DNA of 64,000 bases from Eledone cirrhosa (taxonomy: Eukaryota). The stretch spans positions 20,274,001-20,338,000 of the forward strand of contig OZ024743.1 of NCBI GenBank assembly GCA_964016885.1, in the 5' to 3' direction. Position numbers and translations under genes: made by a program. Positions 1 through 15,795 of the stretch are shown here, in pieces. Position 1 is the stretch's first letter. Every line of letters begins with the position of its first letter. The notes beneath the pieces were generated by a model. The model was not told the origin of the DNA. It saw only the letters and a program-made list of their open reading frames with translations, and searched no databases.

Positions 1-839
1 TAAATTTTAAACAATTCAATCATTAGACTGTTCTTAAAAACCTCTTGAATATACATATAATTATATTTAGCTTACTTTCTTAAAGTATCCAAATTTGTCT
101 GTAAAGATAATAGCTGTTACTTATGAATTGAAACTTATTTTTTATTTGTTTCATATTAATTAACGACACCATGAAACTAATTACTTTGTGAGTGTGTAAT
201 AAGCAAAATTTCACAGAACTCTTATTGCAATAAAGTTAGTCTTAGGTAATATTATGAATATTATGATATTCATTACAATACAAAACCTGAGCTAAGTAAT
301 GGATATTAACTGATAGCTAGCATTACTATAACTTAATTATTAGTAAAAGTTACAAAATCAATTTTAATCATAATTATTAATTCAAGTTTGAATGCAGAAG
401 TCATAAGGTTCTTAAATTATATATCTATCATTTGGAAATACTATTAATTTGTTTCTGTATAACATACTCAGTAATAAAGAGTTTATCATCATGTATGTTA
501 CTTTGGTATATATTATTGACATATCAACCAACTGAACAATTGAAACTAGTTAATAAAATTTAGAATTAAGAAAGAGATTCATCAAAATAGAAATATGTAT
601 ACTAGTCACTAGAATTTTGTAACATATTATCTAATCTAATCTAATCTGGCCGAGTTTACACTCACAAATAAGAAGAACCAGGGCCGCCCCTAGGAGCATT
701 GGATTTGGTGTACTTCATATTTGTTTCGGTTGCTGAATACAATCAGGGGTCACTGCTTCTCCTGAAGGTCAATACTTCTCTTCTAACTCGAGCAGAAGCG
801 CCTTTCCATTGTCAATTTGCATTGTTCTCAGGACCACTA

Positions 840-1035
840 CACCAATCTTTTGATGTGTGCAGCTGGAACTACTGCCACCCATTGATTTTGCAGGATCACA
901 ACTCATTTCTACAGCTGAGTAAACTGGAGCAACGTGAAATAAAGTGTGTTGCTCAAGGACACAACACACCACCTGGTCCAAGAATTGAACTCACAACCTT
1001 TCGATTGCAAGCCCAATACTCTAACCACTAAGCTA
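840..1035 (-). mobile_element. tRNA-headed CORE-type SINE
   Basis: Minus strand reads TAGCTTAGTGGTTAG (A box) ... GAGTTCAATTC (B box), then GTGTCCTTGAGCAACACACTTT...CTCAGCTGTAGAAATGAG, which resembles the CORE domain; related copies at 16940 and 41979. Confidence 0.75.
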
Positions 1036-1679
1036 TTATATTCCCCTTTAAAATATGTTGTTTTACAGTTTAACAGGTGAGAATCAGCTATACACATCAT
1101 TGTTGTTCAGAGCTTCCACAACATGCTGGAAGAAATTGTTCTCTGGTCTGAATAAGGTTTTGGACTTCAAAATAAGGTTTAAGGCTTCAATGCTGCTCAG
1201 TGGTAATCTGCACCTAACTTGAAGGGTAGTAACATGAAGAACAAGACAGAATTCTTTCTCAAAAAGTCTTGTTAAACACTTACCAGCTTGGAAAAATGGA
1301 TGTAAAATTGATGAGGATGATAATAGTGAAGAGAGGAAGGATATTTCTTTGCACCCCATTTCGTACTTTTAAAAATCTATCAGTTGATCAGAGCAAGCTT
1401 CAGAAGTGTCTTTGCTCTTATAAACTCGCATATCTGACGAGATGTCAAAAAAGAACCAGGCCCTGTCAAACATTTGTAATATACAAATACAGTTTGTACT
1501 TATGCTGCAACACTGACTTCGATCCGTCTTAATCTATCTACACTCTGTGCACTACAGCTGCCTTAACGTTAGAATACAATCCAAACAAGGAAGACCTCAT
1601 AACAGCATTGAGTACTTCGAATAATGTGTCTCCTGTAACTGTAGTTACACACCTAACTAACATATATGTATATATATAT

Positions 1680-4552
<2,873 letters not shown>

Positions 4553-4559
4553 TATATAT

Positions 4560-4748
4560 ATAATAATTGTAAATCAAAGTTTTAGCTGTTGTACAGCAAG
4601 TACTATTCGATTTGTTTGAGGCAATCACAAAGTACTCAATGGATCAAAAGTTAAAAACAAACATTAAGTCCAAAGTAAACACAACAGTTATAAAATGTGA
4701 CACCATGAAAAAAAACCGAAGGCACTGGCTATACATATAATATAATTA

Positions 4749-4795
<47 letters not shown>

Positions 4796-4875
4796 TATAT
4801 AGAATGGAAAACGAAAAATCAGTGATGCATCGGTACTCAATTTATTGTGTGTTACAATTGTTTCCCCAGCGAACA
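4560..4875 (-). mobile_element. Two short PLE 3'-tail relics separated by (TA)n
   Basis: 4800-4874 on the minus strand reads GAAA-CAATTG-TA-ACAC-AC-AATAAA-TTGAGTAC (HHR 3' half, polyA signal, shared tail motif); 4560-4750 carries the same TTGAGTAC motif. Confidence 0.5.
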
Positions 4876-4899
4876 TATATATATATATATATATATATG

Positions 4900-5055
4900 A
4901 GATGAGTTTCCTTACAGTTTCCATCAAACCAATTCACTCACAAGTCATCGGTTGGCCCAGGGCTATAGCAGAAGACACTTTCACAAAGTGGCATGCAATA
5001 GGATAGAACCCATGTATTTGGAAAGTAATCTTCTTAACCACACAACCATTCTTGT
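4900..5055 (-). mobile_element. Degenerate tRNA-headed SINE, second family
   Basis: Minus strand TGGTTGTGTGGTTAAG head and a GGGTTCTATCC B-box-like motif; similar decayed copies near 19865 and 29870. Confidence 0.45.
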
Positions 5056-7239
5056 ACCAGTATAATTAGCATAATTTTCCTATAAATAGCTTTATAATTA
5101 TAATTACTATTCCTTCTTTTGTATTTAAATTGGTTTGTAATTCTGGAAAGTGGGTTATATGTTTTAGACAGTTTTTAAACATAAATTAGGAATGAACAAG
5201 CTCAATTGATTATTTGTATGAAAAATAATTTAAAGAAATAATAAAGATAATTTCTTTTATTGGTCACAAGGGTCCAAGACACTAGGGACAATACAAGGAC
5301 AAAATCAATGTCTTTTCTTAAAAAAGAAAGGACATGAACAATGTACATGTCATCATCATCACCATTTAACATCTATATTCTATGCTGCATGGGTTCAACA
5401 AATTGTCCCATTCTGGGGCTAGACTTGTCAGTAACCCAGTTTTGCTCATATATTCCACTTTTGGCTTGGTTGGTTTCTATAGCTTGATGCCCTTCCTAAT
5501 GTCAACTGCTTTTTGGCATGTAGTGGGAGCATTGTTTCTATGGCTGGTTGCTTTGCCTAACAAAAACGTTTTTACACCTACTAAGAATATTAAAAATATT
5601 AAAAATAAGACAATGTGATTACAATCGAACACATTTAATCATGTCTGTATGATCAGGGTTAAAATTAGGCTAAACAATAAACACACACATTTATATGTGG
5701 AAGTATATATACATGGATCTGTGCAACCCAAATGAAAAGTTTTACTTGAGGCTTCTAATTTAATATATGAAATCTGTAGACTGGAGATAAAGATAATAAA
5801 AATATAAGCTAAGATGCTCTAAGCTACATTTTATTGATACAAAATTATATACAAAGAAAGAAGCAAATTGTGTACTTCATCGTAATGAAACAAAGACACA
5901 CATTTTGGAAGTGGATTAAATTGGCTTCGTAACTAGAATAGTTTTTATTTCATTTCAAAGACAAAGTCGACCCTGGCAGGATCTAAAGTCAGAACAACAT
6001 AAAGAGATGAAACTAAATACACACAAGGTATTTTATCAGGCACTATTCATTGTCATTCACTGCACTGTTATCCTAATATAATATACATCATCATACTATA
6101 AAAATACTCATGTATAAAATATTCACTCACCTCCAGCAATATAGGTTTCTAGTTTTCAGATCTTGATACTCAAATGAACTAAATTGAACACTGGATCAAA
6201 AATAAAGTAAGGAATTCTTGTAAACATTATTCTCCTGGTGACTATTTAACCAATCAGTAAGAAGAATTGAAGTTTTGAAGAATATGACTTGAGGATTGCA
6301 TTTCTCAGTGATCACATATAAAACAATCTCACTAATATACTACTAGCCTGGCAGCATTCAGAGCAAAACTTTATCTGATCAGGCAAAAACAGATTGGTTC
6401 TTTTGAACCTTTAAATAGATTAAACCAACTATATCCATCTTTAGCCTGCCAAAATAAAGTATAGTTGTCTCAAAGAGTCAATGAAGAAGAAGCTAGAAAC
6501 AGCAGTCATATCCCTTTTAAACCATAGCCTGCAGCTTTAAAAATAAATGCCATTAGATAATCTGCTTCTTGGCTGAACAAAAATGTCTGAACAAAAATTA
6601 AATAAATAAATAAACAAATAGAGATGGCCACAGCTAGAATGCTTTTGGCTGTATGTTTGTTCAATCAGAGTTGCACTGGGACTAAATAACAACAAAACTA
6701 TCTCATAATTATCTCACTATAATTCAACAGCATTATTATTGTGTGCATTATGATGAACAGATAAACTTTACTATTTAAGTTTTACAATTATTTTCAAATT
6801 AACGAGCATAAGAGTTATTATATCAAATGATGAAAGGAAAAAAATCCATGAAAAATTACTAATGACTATTAAAATATACTGAATTTATAAGACAATATGT
6901 ATGTATATGTGTGTGCTTATGTTTAATTTTAACTTACAGTATTCTAAAATTTCTTCTTTAATATAATGTTCATAGGTTCTAAAGGTTATTTCATAAAATA
7001 TGTTCAGCTTGATTTATTGAAATATACTAGCATTCTCTCTTTTTACTTTTTTTTTCAGAATTTTTAATTTTAAGTCATATAATTTTTATGATCATTAAAT
7101 TATAACATATTGTTAAAAAAAATGAATTAACAAGATAAACATTCACTTATAATAATATCTAGCTTAATAAAACCATTATATTGCAATAAATCTATAATGA
7201 GTTTGAACACCAGTTTATTCAGTAGAAGCTTTGCTTTGG

Positions 7240-7730
7240 CAGTTTCTGCTTCAGGAAAGTTCAAGTATCTCAAGGCTGTGTTCATGACTGATGGAAAGCA
7301 GGAGGCTGAATTAAATGCAAGAAGTGTAGGAGCTGGTGCAGTAATGTGCCAGCTTCAGCCATTTGGTAATCAGAAGAAGGGAGGTAGATGTAAAAGCCTA
7401 GTTCGCTATCTTCAATTTGGTATTCATGCCAACCCTTACCTATGGTCATGAATCTTGGGTAATGATTGAAAGAATATGATTGTGAATAGAAGGAGCTGAA
7501 ATGGGGTTCCACCGAAGGGTTAGAATGTCTAGGAAAGAATCGCTGGCAGATTTTATGTGCAAAACTAATCAACAGGCAACCCTGGTGTAGACCCTGAGCA
7601 AGATGGTTGGATAACATCAATGATTTCACCTGGTCGTGCTTGGGGATTAAGCCAGATGTATTGAGTTCCAACAGAGATCAGGGTAAGGGAACACTGTCTT
7701 AATAACAAGCAGAGTCAGACACGATGATCA
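7240..7730 (+). mobile_element. Old RTE LINE 3' fragment
   Basis: Translates FKYL...DGKQEAELNAR, then a frameshifted LTYGHESW and an RPxxRWLDNI-like motif. Confidence 0.6.
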
Positions 7731-7919
7731 TCAACAGTTAGCTGCCCTTGCTTCAGCTGGGATCCGCTAGATGGCTCAATGTCATCAGTTTCCAAAATTC
7801 ATAGCTGAAGGTTTTCAAATGTTTATTCATTCATAAAGATACCGTATATTGCTAGGTACACAAAATTCACATACTTATATGTTAGAGTGAACACCTTAAT
7901 TATTTATATATATATATAT

Positions 7920-8794
7920 CATCATCATCATCATCATCACCGTTTTACGTCCGTTCTTCCACGCTAGCATGGGTTAGACGGGTTGTCCTGTTGTGGGCAG
8001 TGTCTGGTCGGCTGACCATGCCTTGCTCATACAGGAACTGATCTGGCTTGATTTCTACAGCTGGATGCCCTTCCTAACACCAACCTCATTTACAGTGAGT
8101 GCTGGGTGCTTTTTCGTGGTGCCTACACGTCCACTTTACAGTGTGGGCTGGGTGCTTTTTTGCCGTGGCACCTCCACGACCACCTTGCGGTGGGGGGGGG
8201 GGGGCATATTGTTTATATGCTTCAGCATGTACCCATGGGAGGTCGGGTACCCTGTATTACTGCGTGACGCCAGAAGTCACGGTCGTGTGTCATTGACTTT
8301 GAGAGGTGTAGTTGGGTAAGGTCGGCTTTTATCACCTCATCCCAAGTCATCTTGGGTCTCCCCACTCCGCGGTTTCCATCAACTTCTAGTGCTCTGCACC
8401 TTTTTATGCAGCTGTCATCCTTCATACGCATCACATGTCCATACCAGCGTAACCGCCTCTCCTGCACGCAGCATTTGATTCCTCTTATGCTCAGTCTCTC
8501 TCTCAATTCATTTATGCTTTGTCGTTCACGTATATTACTGTTACACATCCATCGGAGCATGCAGGCTTCGTTTCTCTCTAATCTACGTAAGTCTTCCACC
8601 TTCAGCGCCCAGGTCTCACTACCATGCAACATCGCTGTTCGGATACACGCATCATACAGTCTGCCTTTCATTCTGAGGGAGAAGCCTTTTGCAGCTAGCA
8701 GTGGTAGTAGTTCCCTAAACTTCTTCCATCCCGTTCTTACCCTAGTTATTGTACTTTCTGAGCACCCACCTCCGTTGCTAATTCGGTCACCTAG

Positions 8795-8797
<3 letters not shown>
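7920..8797 (-). mobile_element. RTE LINE subfamily B, 5'-truncated
   Basis: ORF 8222-8671 (KGRLYDACIRTAMLHGSETW...RLRWYGHV...GRPKMTW); (GAT)n tail; near-identical to 17345-18170. Confidence 0.93.
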
Positions 8798-8851
<54 letters not shown>

Positions 8852-8854
<3 letters not shown>

Positions 8855-8960
8855 AACGAGTAGGACCTACTCGTTCCTATTACCCACTCTACTACCCTAA
8901 GTATTGAGTACTTTGGTGCGTTATGGTCCACCTGGTTCCTTACCACATTTCCTTCGTTAT
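8852..8960 (+). mobile_element. PLE family A terminal relic with short 5' hairpin
   Basis: Shares CCCTAAGTATTGAGTACT...GTGCGTTATGGTCCA...CCTTCGTT with five other copies; TAGGAACGAGTAGG/CCTACTCGTTCCTA hairpin; bounded by (TA)n. Confidence 0.7.
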
Positions 8961-9244
8961 ATATATATATATATATAAGTTTATCCCGAGTTCAATCGAG
9001 GGTAACCACAGTAAGTAAGGTACTCAATACATAGCAGAGTATAAATATTTAATATAATATAGAAATGGCTTCTACATGACTAGAACTGTTTAATTTGAGA
9101 GAAACCATTAGGAAGCAGTCTGTGAAAGTAATATGGTGGTATTTATACATTTTATACATATATACATATATATATACATACATATACATACATACACATA
9201 TAAAGAAAATTTCTTTTCTTATATATATATATATACATATATAT

Positions 9245-9440
9245 AATGAAGGAGGTGTGGTAAGGAATCAGGTGGACCATAACGCACCAGCGTACTCAAT
9301 ACTTAGGGCAATAGAGTGGGTAATAGGAAAATGTTTGACCCTGACGGCAGAGCTCAAGCCGTTTCGACGGCTATTTCTGGACTAGCCGTCCAGAAATAGC
9401 CGTCGAAACGGCTTGAGCTCTGGTCAAACATTTTCCTATA
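9245..9440 (-). mobile_element. PLE family A terminal relic with fold-back
   Basis: Family A tail; inverted arms about 9325-9383 and 9388-9440 centred in HHR stem II. Confidence 0.7.
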
Positions 9441-9452
9441 TATATATATATC

Positions 9453-10858
9453 CAGGGGGTGTAATTAGGAGTTACTGCAGGTTCACCCGGGTGAGCACTC
9501 GATGTTTAGGTTCACTTCTGTGATGATGTGTAGAGCTATACAGAGTGTAATATATAGAAAGGATAGTTATTGTATGTGCGTGTGTGTATGTGAGCGCAGG
9601 TGTATACATGTGTGTATGTGTGGGTACGTATCTGTATATATATGTGTATGTCTATGCATATGTGTATATGTGTGTGTCTATATGTATGTGTATGTATGTG
9701 TGTATATGTGCACGTCTACATATATGTATATGGGTGAATCTGACTATATGTGTAGGTGAGCTCATGTACGTGCATGTATGTGTATATGTGCATGTATATC
9801 TGTGTGTTGTCTGTACATGTGTGTGTGTATATGTATGTATATATATATATATTTATGTATATATATGCGTATGTGTATGTATATATGTGTGTGTGTATAT
9901 ATGTGCGTGAGTATACGTATGTGTGAGTGCGTATGTGTATATTTTGTATACATGAGTGTGAGTCCATGTGCCCATACCCATATGTGTGTATGGGTATATG
10001 TATGTGTATGTATGTATGTAAAACACCTTCTACATTGCCTCTCACCTTCCCCCCATCTCCGTCGTTCGCCACCCCCAACGATACTCCCCCACTCTCCATA
10101 TTCGTTGTCCGCATGCGCACACGCACATACATGTGTGTACATATACATATGGCTGTGTGTGAGCGTGTGTCGATATGTGTGGGCAAGGATGTGCGTATGT
10201 GTTCTGTGGTGGGTGTGTTTATACAACAATATGTGTGCACATATATACATATATGTGTGTGTGCGTATACGTATATACAAAGTATCTGTCAGACAATGAG
10301 CGTCTAGCTATGTATCTAGGTAATGACCTTGACGCCACCAATACATCCGCCACTCCACCACAAACGCCACTACCATAGACAACGGCACCAATACCACACC
10401 CCCACACACACGCCGACCCGTCTACTGACAACCCACTAACCTCATACCACAGCCAATCCCACTAAGCAACCATAACCACCACCATATCATAACATCCACT
10501 CCCACATACTCTACAGGCCAAGGCCAATCAACCACCACCACACCACAGCCCATCTCATCCACCCATCGTCACCAACATCTCACCATCACACCCACCCCCA
10601 TATACACTACAGGCCAGTACATCGCCTTGACCCTTCCCACCAATCAAAACAACTCATTTTGTCGAACTCTTGAATATCTGACTTTATCACATTGCATGTA
10701 TTTCATTTTCTTATAGCATTTTAAGAAGGTCTGTCGAGCTGCAGATTATTGAGTCGGGTAAGATCGATATAGATCGAACCTTGAGCTGATCAGTGGCGAA
10801 ACGCGCGTCACCTATCAATAAATGCAATGAAGGAATAATCAATCGTCCTTTTTATCCT

Positions 10859-10861
<3 letters not shown>
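9453..10861. mobile_element. Probable PLE 3' region with low-complexity (TGTA/TG)n body
   Basis: Bounded by (TA)n; ends in HHR plus AATAAA plus pyrimidine-rich tail; left end carries an inverted copy of the tail motif (GAGCACTCGAT). Confidence 0.5.
10727..10813 (+). ncRNA. Type I hammerhead ribozyme with long stem II and CUGUCGA core variant
   Basis: AGGT-CTGTCGA-GCTGC...(about 50 nt)...GTGGC-GAAA-CGCGCG-TC-ACCT, then AATAAA; palindromic stem III, GUC site. Confidence 0.7.
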
Positions 10862-10924
<63 letters not shown>

Positions 10925-10928
<4 letters not shown>

Positions 10929-11304
10929 GGTTATGCACGAGTGCATTAAGGTTTTCCAGGACACAGTGTTATGTACCGTGTAGGGGAAGGTCAGCTTACA
11001 ACAGAGTGGTGCTCAACGAAATGCAGAAAATAGGTGTATATTCCAGTTTAGCTATACTCCGGGGCGTGTATAAAGAATCAAAAAGAACAGAAAGATGCAG
11101 TAAAAGAGATTTATTCGGTTCTAACGTACGTTTCAATAGACATCAATTTGCCTAGATCCCGCTGCACTGGATGTCGAATGCTCTACTAACTATATAATAT
11201 TATAGATGCAGCGGGATCTAGGCAAATTGATGTCTATTGAAACGTACGTTAGAACCGAATAAATCTCTTTTACTGCATCTTTCTGTTCTTTTTGATTCTT
11301 TATA
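10925..11304 (-). mobile_element. PLE terminal relic with ~98-bp inverted arms
   Basis: 11069-11166 is the reverse complement of 11207-11304; contains GAAA-CGTACG-TT-AGAACCG-AATAAA (HHR 3' half); flanked by (TA)n. Confidence 0.7.
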
Positions 11305-11335
11305 TATATATATATATTATATATATATATATATA

Positions 11336-11750
11336 CAGCTTTGAGTTTTTCATCCTCAGTGTATACTGATTAATGTTCAGAGCCATCCTCAGCATTCTCG
11401 TGTAGCACCCATCCACCATCTGAGTGAGTTTCTTGGTCAGTGTCCAAGTCTCAGACCCATACAGCAGCACAGACTCCACTACAGCAAAAGTCAGCTCAAA
11501 AGTGACACAGAGGAGACTGAGGTTAGCTGGACATGCTCACCGACATCCAGAGTTGACATTGCACTCAGTGCTCCTTTGGGAGCCCCTACAAGGACACACT
11601 AGAAGAGGAAGACCAAGCTTAACGTATGTTGATGCCCAAAGGACAGACACTGGTCTGTTGGAGACGCAGGACATGGCAGCGATAATGAGGGACAGAGACC
11701 GCTGGAGAGACCTCGTCCATGGATCTCGGGAATTTTACCCGCCTTAGATA
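11336..11750 (+). mobile_element. RTE-like LINE 3' end with inverted 5' segment
   Basis: 11336-~11485 on minus encodes VESVLLYGSETWTLTKK...GCYTRMLRMALNI; ~11486-11747 on plus encodes RRLRLAGHAHRH...RGRPSLTYVD...DRDRWR. Confidence 0.8.
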
Positions 11751-11751
11751 G

Positions 11752-11782
<31 letters not shown>

Positions 11783-11784
11783 AT

Positions 11785-11862
11785 AACCTACTCGACTACC
11801 CTAAGTATTGAGTACTTTGGTGCGTTATGGTCCATCTGGTTCCTTACCACAATTCCTTCGTT
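11785..11862 (+). mobile_element. PLE family A terminal relic
   Basis: CTACCCTAAGTATTGAGTACTTTGGTGCGTTATGGTCCA...CCTTCGTT joined to (AT)n. Confidence 0.7.
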
Positions 11863-11906
11863 ATATATATATATATATACACACATACATACCTATATAC
11901 ATATAT

Positions 11907-14900
11907 ACCCACCAAACCTATTTCCTCCTGTATTTTCCAAAACAAATCTCTTGTATTTTGTCCTGATTGTAAAATACGGAAGTTTTTGGCGTATTTTACT
12001 AAACAAATCTTGTATTTTTGTTTACGTTCGTTAAATACTAGGATCTAACTTAAACCTATTCTTCTCGCTAACAACTCAACACCCCTCCCTCCCCCACGCA
12101 CCACCCTTATTATCACATGGACCAATCATAAGCCAGAGGCCTATACTATCGCTTACCTGGTCGCCTTCGGTATGTAGGATGGAAGGACTACGGAGTTCCG
12201 GAGAGTTGAAGAGAGAAAAATCTGGACGCTCAGCGACAATGCCAAAGTTAAAGACAAACACACCTCGTGGACGAGAATGCGAGCATGCCTCTTTGTTTCG
12301 GCCGCGGATGGCTAACACAACCCCATCTCCCCCCGCTCCCCACCTTTCCCACCCCCCAAACGCAATCCAAAACTTCAGATTTGGTACCTTGAATGTAGGC
12401 ACCTTAAAGGGTCGCTCTAACGAGGTTGTAGAAATGCTTGAACGTAAGGAGGTCGATGTTTGTTGTATTCAAGAGACCAGGTGGAGGGGTGGATCTGCTA
12501 GATTCATTGTGGGTAGAAAACGATGCTATAAGCTTTTCTGGGTGGGAAATGACAATGGGCTGGGTGGAGTAGGAATCATGGTAGCAGAAAAGTGGGTAGA
12601 TAAGATAATAGACGTAAATAGAGTGAACGACAGAATAATTAAAATAAGACTTGTCCTCAATAGAACCACGGTGACAGTAATATCCGCATACGCACCCCAA
12701 TCCGGACTGCCCAGCACTATAAAAGACAGATTCTATGAGACACTGATGCTCACTACCTCCCAAATAACCGACAGTGACTATATAATTATTGCAGGCGACC
12801 TAAACGGTCACGTTGGACAACATTGTGACGGCTATGACGAAATCCATGGAGGCTATGGGTTTGGTACTAGAAATGAGGAAGGCTCCAGAATCCTGGAATT
12901 CTGTGACGCAAATAACCTAACTATCTGCAACACTAACTTCAAAAAACGAGACAATCACCTGATCACCTACAGATCAGGGGAACATACCAGCCAGGTAGAT
13001 TATATCCTTACCAGAAGACATGACAAAGTGACTGTTGTAAACACTAAATCCCTCCCCCATGAAGAATGCACCTCCCAACATAGACTGATAATTAGCGACC
13101 TAATAGTCAGGACGAGACGTACTAGACAACATAAGAGGACTACCCTCAGGAGAAAAATATGGAAGCTAAAGGACCCCACAGCCAAAAATAAATTCCAAAG
13201 CATATTACTTGATGCTTTCGACAGTAAGGAAGAGCAATTAGAGTCGTACAAGGTAGAGGAACAGTGGGAATTCCTGAAAGCAAACCTGCTGACGGCGACA
13301 GACGAAGTCTGTGGCTGGAGCAGGCCTGTAGGCAGGAGGAGAGTAACATGGTGGTGGAACAGTAAGGTGGATGGGTCAATTAAGGCCAAAAAGCAGGCTT
13401 GGAAAGTATGGCGGGATGGGGGAAGCAGAGAAGACTATCAAGTGGCCAGGAGGGAAGCTAGGAGACAAGTGTACTTCGCAAGAAGGGAAGCAGAGGAAAG
13501 AAAGTTCAAGCATGTTCTACAACGTGAGGACCAAAAACGTGAGGTGTTCAGGATTGCTAGGCAATGTGTCAAGGAAAACAGTGATATTGTCGGGGAGAAG
13601 TGTGTACTTAACGATGACGGCGTACTTGCCATCACCGACGCCGATAAGAAGGTAGCTTGGAAGTGTCACTATGAAAGGCTACTAAATGAGGAGAATAAAT
13701 GGGAGAAAGACAGTCTCCCCCACATCGACCCAATAGAGGGACCAGCAGTGCTAGTCGAGGGTAGTATAATAAGTAAGGCAATCAAAGATATGAAGACAGG
13801 CAAGGCGGCTGGGCCTTCGGAAATAGTTGCCGAGATGCTGAAGGCATCTGGTACGGTGGGACACACCATGGTCACCCGGATAGTCAACCAAGTCATACAG
13901 AATGGGGTTGTTCCGAAGGACTGGCGTAGCAGCATCATCGTTAACTGTTATAAGGGTAAAGGAGATGCCCTAGATAGGAGTAATTATAGAGGCATTAAAT
14001 TAATCGACCAGGTCATGAAGGTCACGGAAAAAGTAATAGCGCAACTAATCAGAGAGCGAATTGATCTAGATGAAATGCAGTTCGGGTTTGTGTCGGGAAA
14101 AAGTACCACAGACGCTCTTTTCATTGTACAACTACAGGAGAAGTACCTAGCTAAAAGTAAACCCCTATACTTAGCTTTCGTCGACTTGGAGAAGGCCTTC
14201 GACAGAGTCCCTCGTTCCATTATCTGGTGGGCTCTTAGAAAACTAGGTGTTGATGAATGGCTTGTGAGAGCTATACAAGCCATGTATAAAGAAACAGTCA
14301 GCAAGGTTAGAATTAACAACGAATATAGTGAAGAGTTTAGTGTAAAAGTTGGTGTTCATCAGGGCTCTGTTCTTAGCCCCCTACTATTTATTATTGCCCT
14401 CCAGGCTACAACAGTGGAGTTCAAGACTGGCTGCCCATGGGAACTCCTATACGCAGATGATCTAACGCTCATAGCTGAATCAATGGCCGAGCTAGAGAAG
14501 AAATTCCAAACATGGAAGCACGGCCTAGAATCAAAAGGCCTTAAAATTAACCTGGCTAAGACTAAAGTTCTAGTTTGTAAGAAAGAAAATAAGGCGGCGG
14601 TCCCCTCCGGGAAGTGGCCATGCGCAGAGTGTAGGAAAGGCGTAGGTAGAAACTCCATTTTGTGTCCCAAATGCAAAGTTTGGGTGCATAAAAGATGTAG
14701 TGGTATCACAGGTAAGCTAACTAAGAACATAGATTTTACATGTGGCCGGTGTTCCGGCGCAATAAGTAGCAGCAAGTGCCCATAAAATACTAGCACTTTC
14801 AGCTGTGCAGAGGGTTCTATAGAAATAGTGGACAGCTTCCGTTACCTGGGTGACAAAATCAGCAGTGGGGGGGTGGTGCTCTGAAAGTACAGTAGCTAGA

Positions 14901-15795
14901 GTCAGAACTGGGTGGAAAAAGTTCAGAGAGCTTATACCACTATTAGCCGCTAAAGGGTTCTCCCTAAAAATGAAAGGCAGGTTGTACGATGCCTGCATAC
15001 GAACAGCAATGTTGCATGGCAGTGAGACCTGGGCATTGTGTGCAGAAGATATATGCAGACTAGAGAGAAACGAAGCTTGCATGCTCCGCTGGATGTGTAA
15101 TAGTAATATACGTGAACGACAAAGCATAAACGAACTAAGGAAAAAATTAGAAATAAGAGGGATCAGATGTTGTCTACTCGAGAGAAGGCTACGTTGGTAT
15201 GGTCACGTAATGCGCATGAAGGACGATAGCTGTATAACAAAGTGCAGGGCAATAAAGATAGACGGTAGCCACGGAATAGGCAGACCCAGAAAAACCTGGG
15301 ATGAGCTGATAAACTCCGACCTCACACACTTACACCTCACCAAGACAATGTCACTGGACCGAGACCTTTGGCGGTACTCAGTGATAGAGAAGACCCGCCT
15401 TACCTAAATACATAGTAAAACCTACTACAGCCAGTAGGCATCTCTAACAAAATACACCCACGTCCCACCACCCCCACCCCATCCACACCACCCCCTCCTA
15501 TGTAAAGTTATATTGGTGCCACAACATCCAGGCCGAAACAAATGAGATCGTGTAGGTGTCACGACAAAAAAACACACAGTCCATGCTGTAATGTGGCCGT
15601 GTAGGCAACACGGTAAAAACCTCCCAGTCCCACACTGTAAATGTGGTTGGTGTTAGGAAGGGCATCCAACTGTAGAAAACCTGCCAGACAGTCCTATGCG
15701 AGCAAGACAATCACTCTTGCCTCAAGTGGGAATACCCCCGTCCAAACCCATGCAAGCGTGGAACACGGACGTTAAACGTTGATGATGATGATGAT
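11907..15795 (+). mobile_element. Near full-length RTE LINE subfamily A
   Basis: Putative 5' UTR (start approximate), EN-RT ORF, 3' UTR and (GAT)n tail; two further copies in the window. Confidence 0.95.
12179..15407 (+). pseudogene. RTE APE endonuclease-reverse transcriptase ORF, disrupted
   Basis: APE motifs (GTLNVGTL, CIQETRW, SAYAPQ, AGDLNGH, QVDYIL, SQHR); RT motifs (FVDLEKAFD, QGSVLSP, YADD); TAA at 14783 where sister copies have CAA; +1 frameshift in the G-run near 14870. Confidence 0.92.

Noticed and set aside
9502-10431. Many overlapping ORFs rich in Y/I/C/V/H/T (also 16139-16389, 23280-23732, 49131-49982)
   Set aside because: Translations of (TA)n, (TG)n and (CATA)n repeats that lack stop codons; no coding signal
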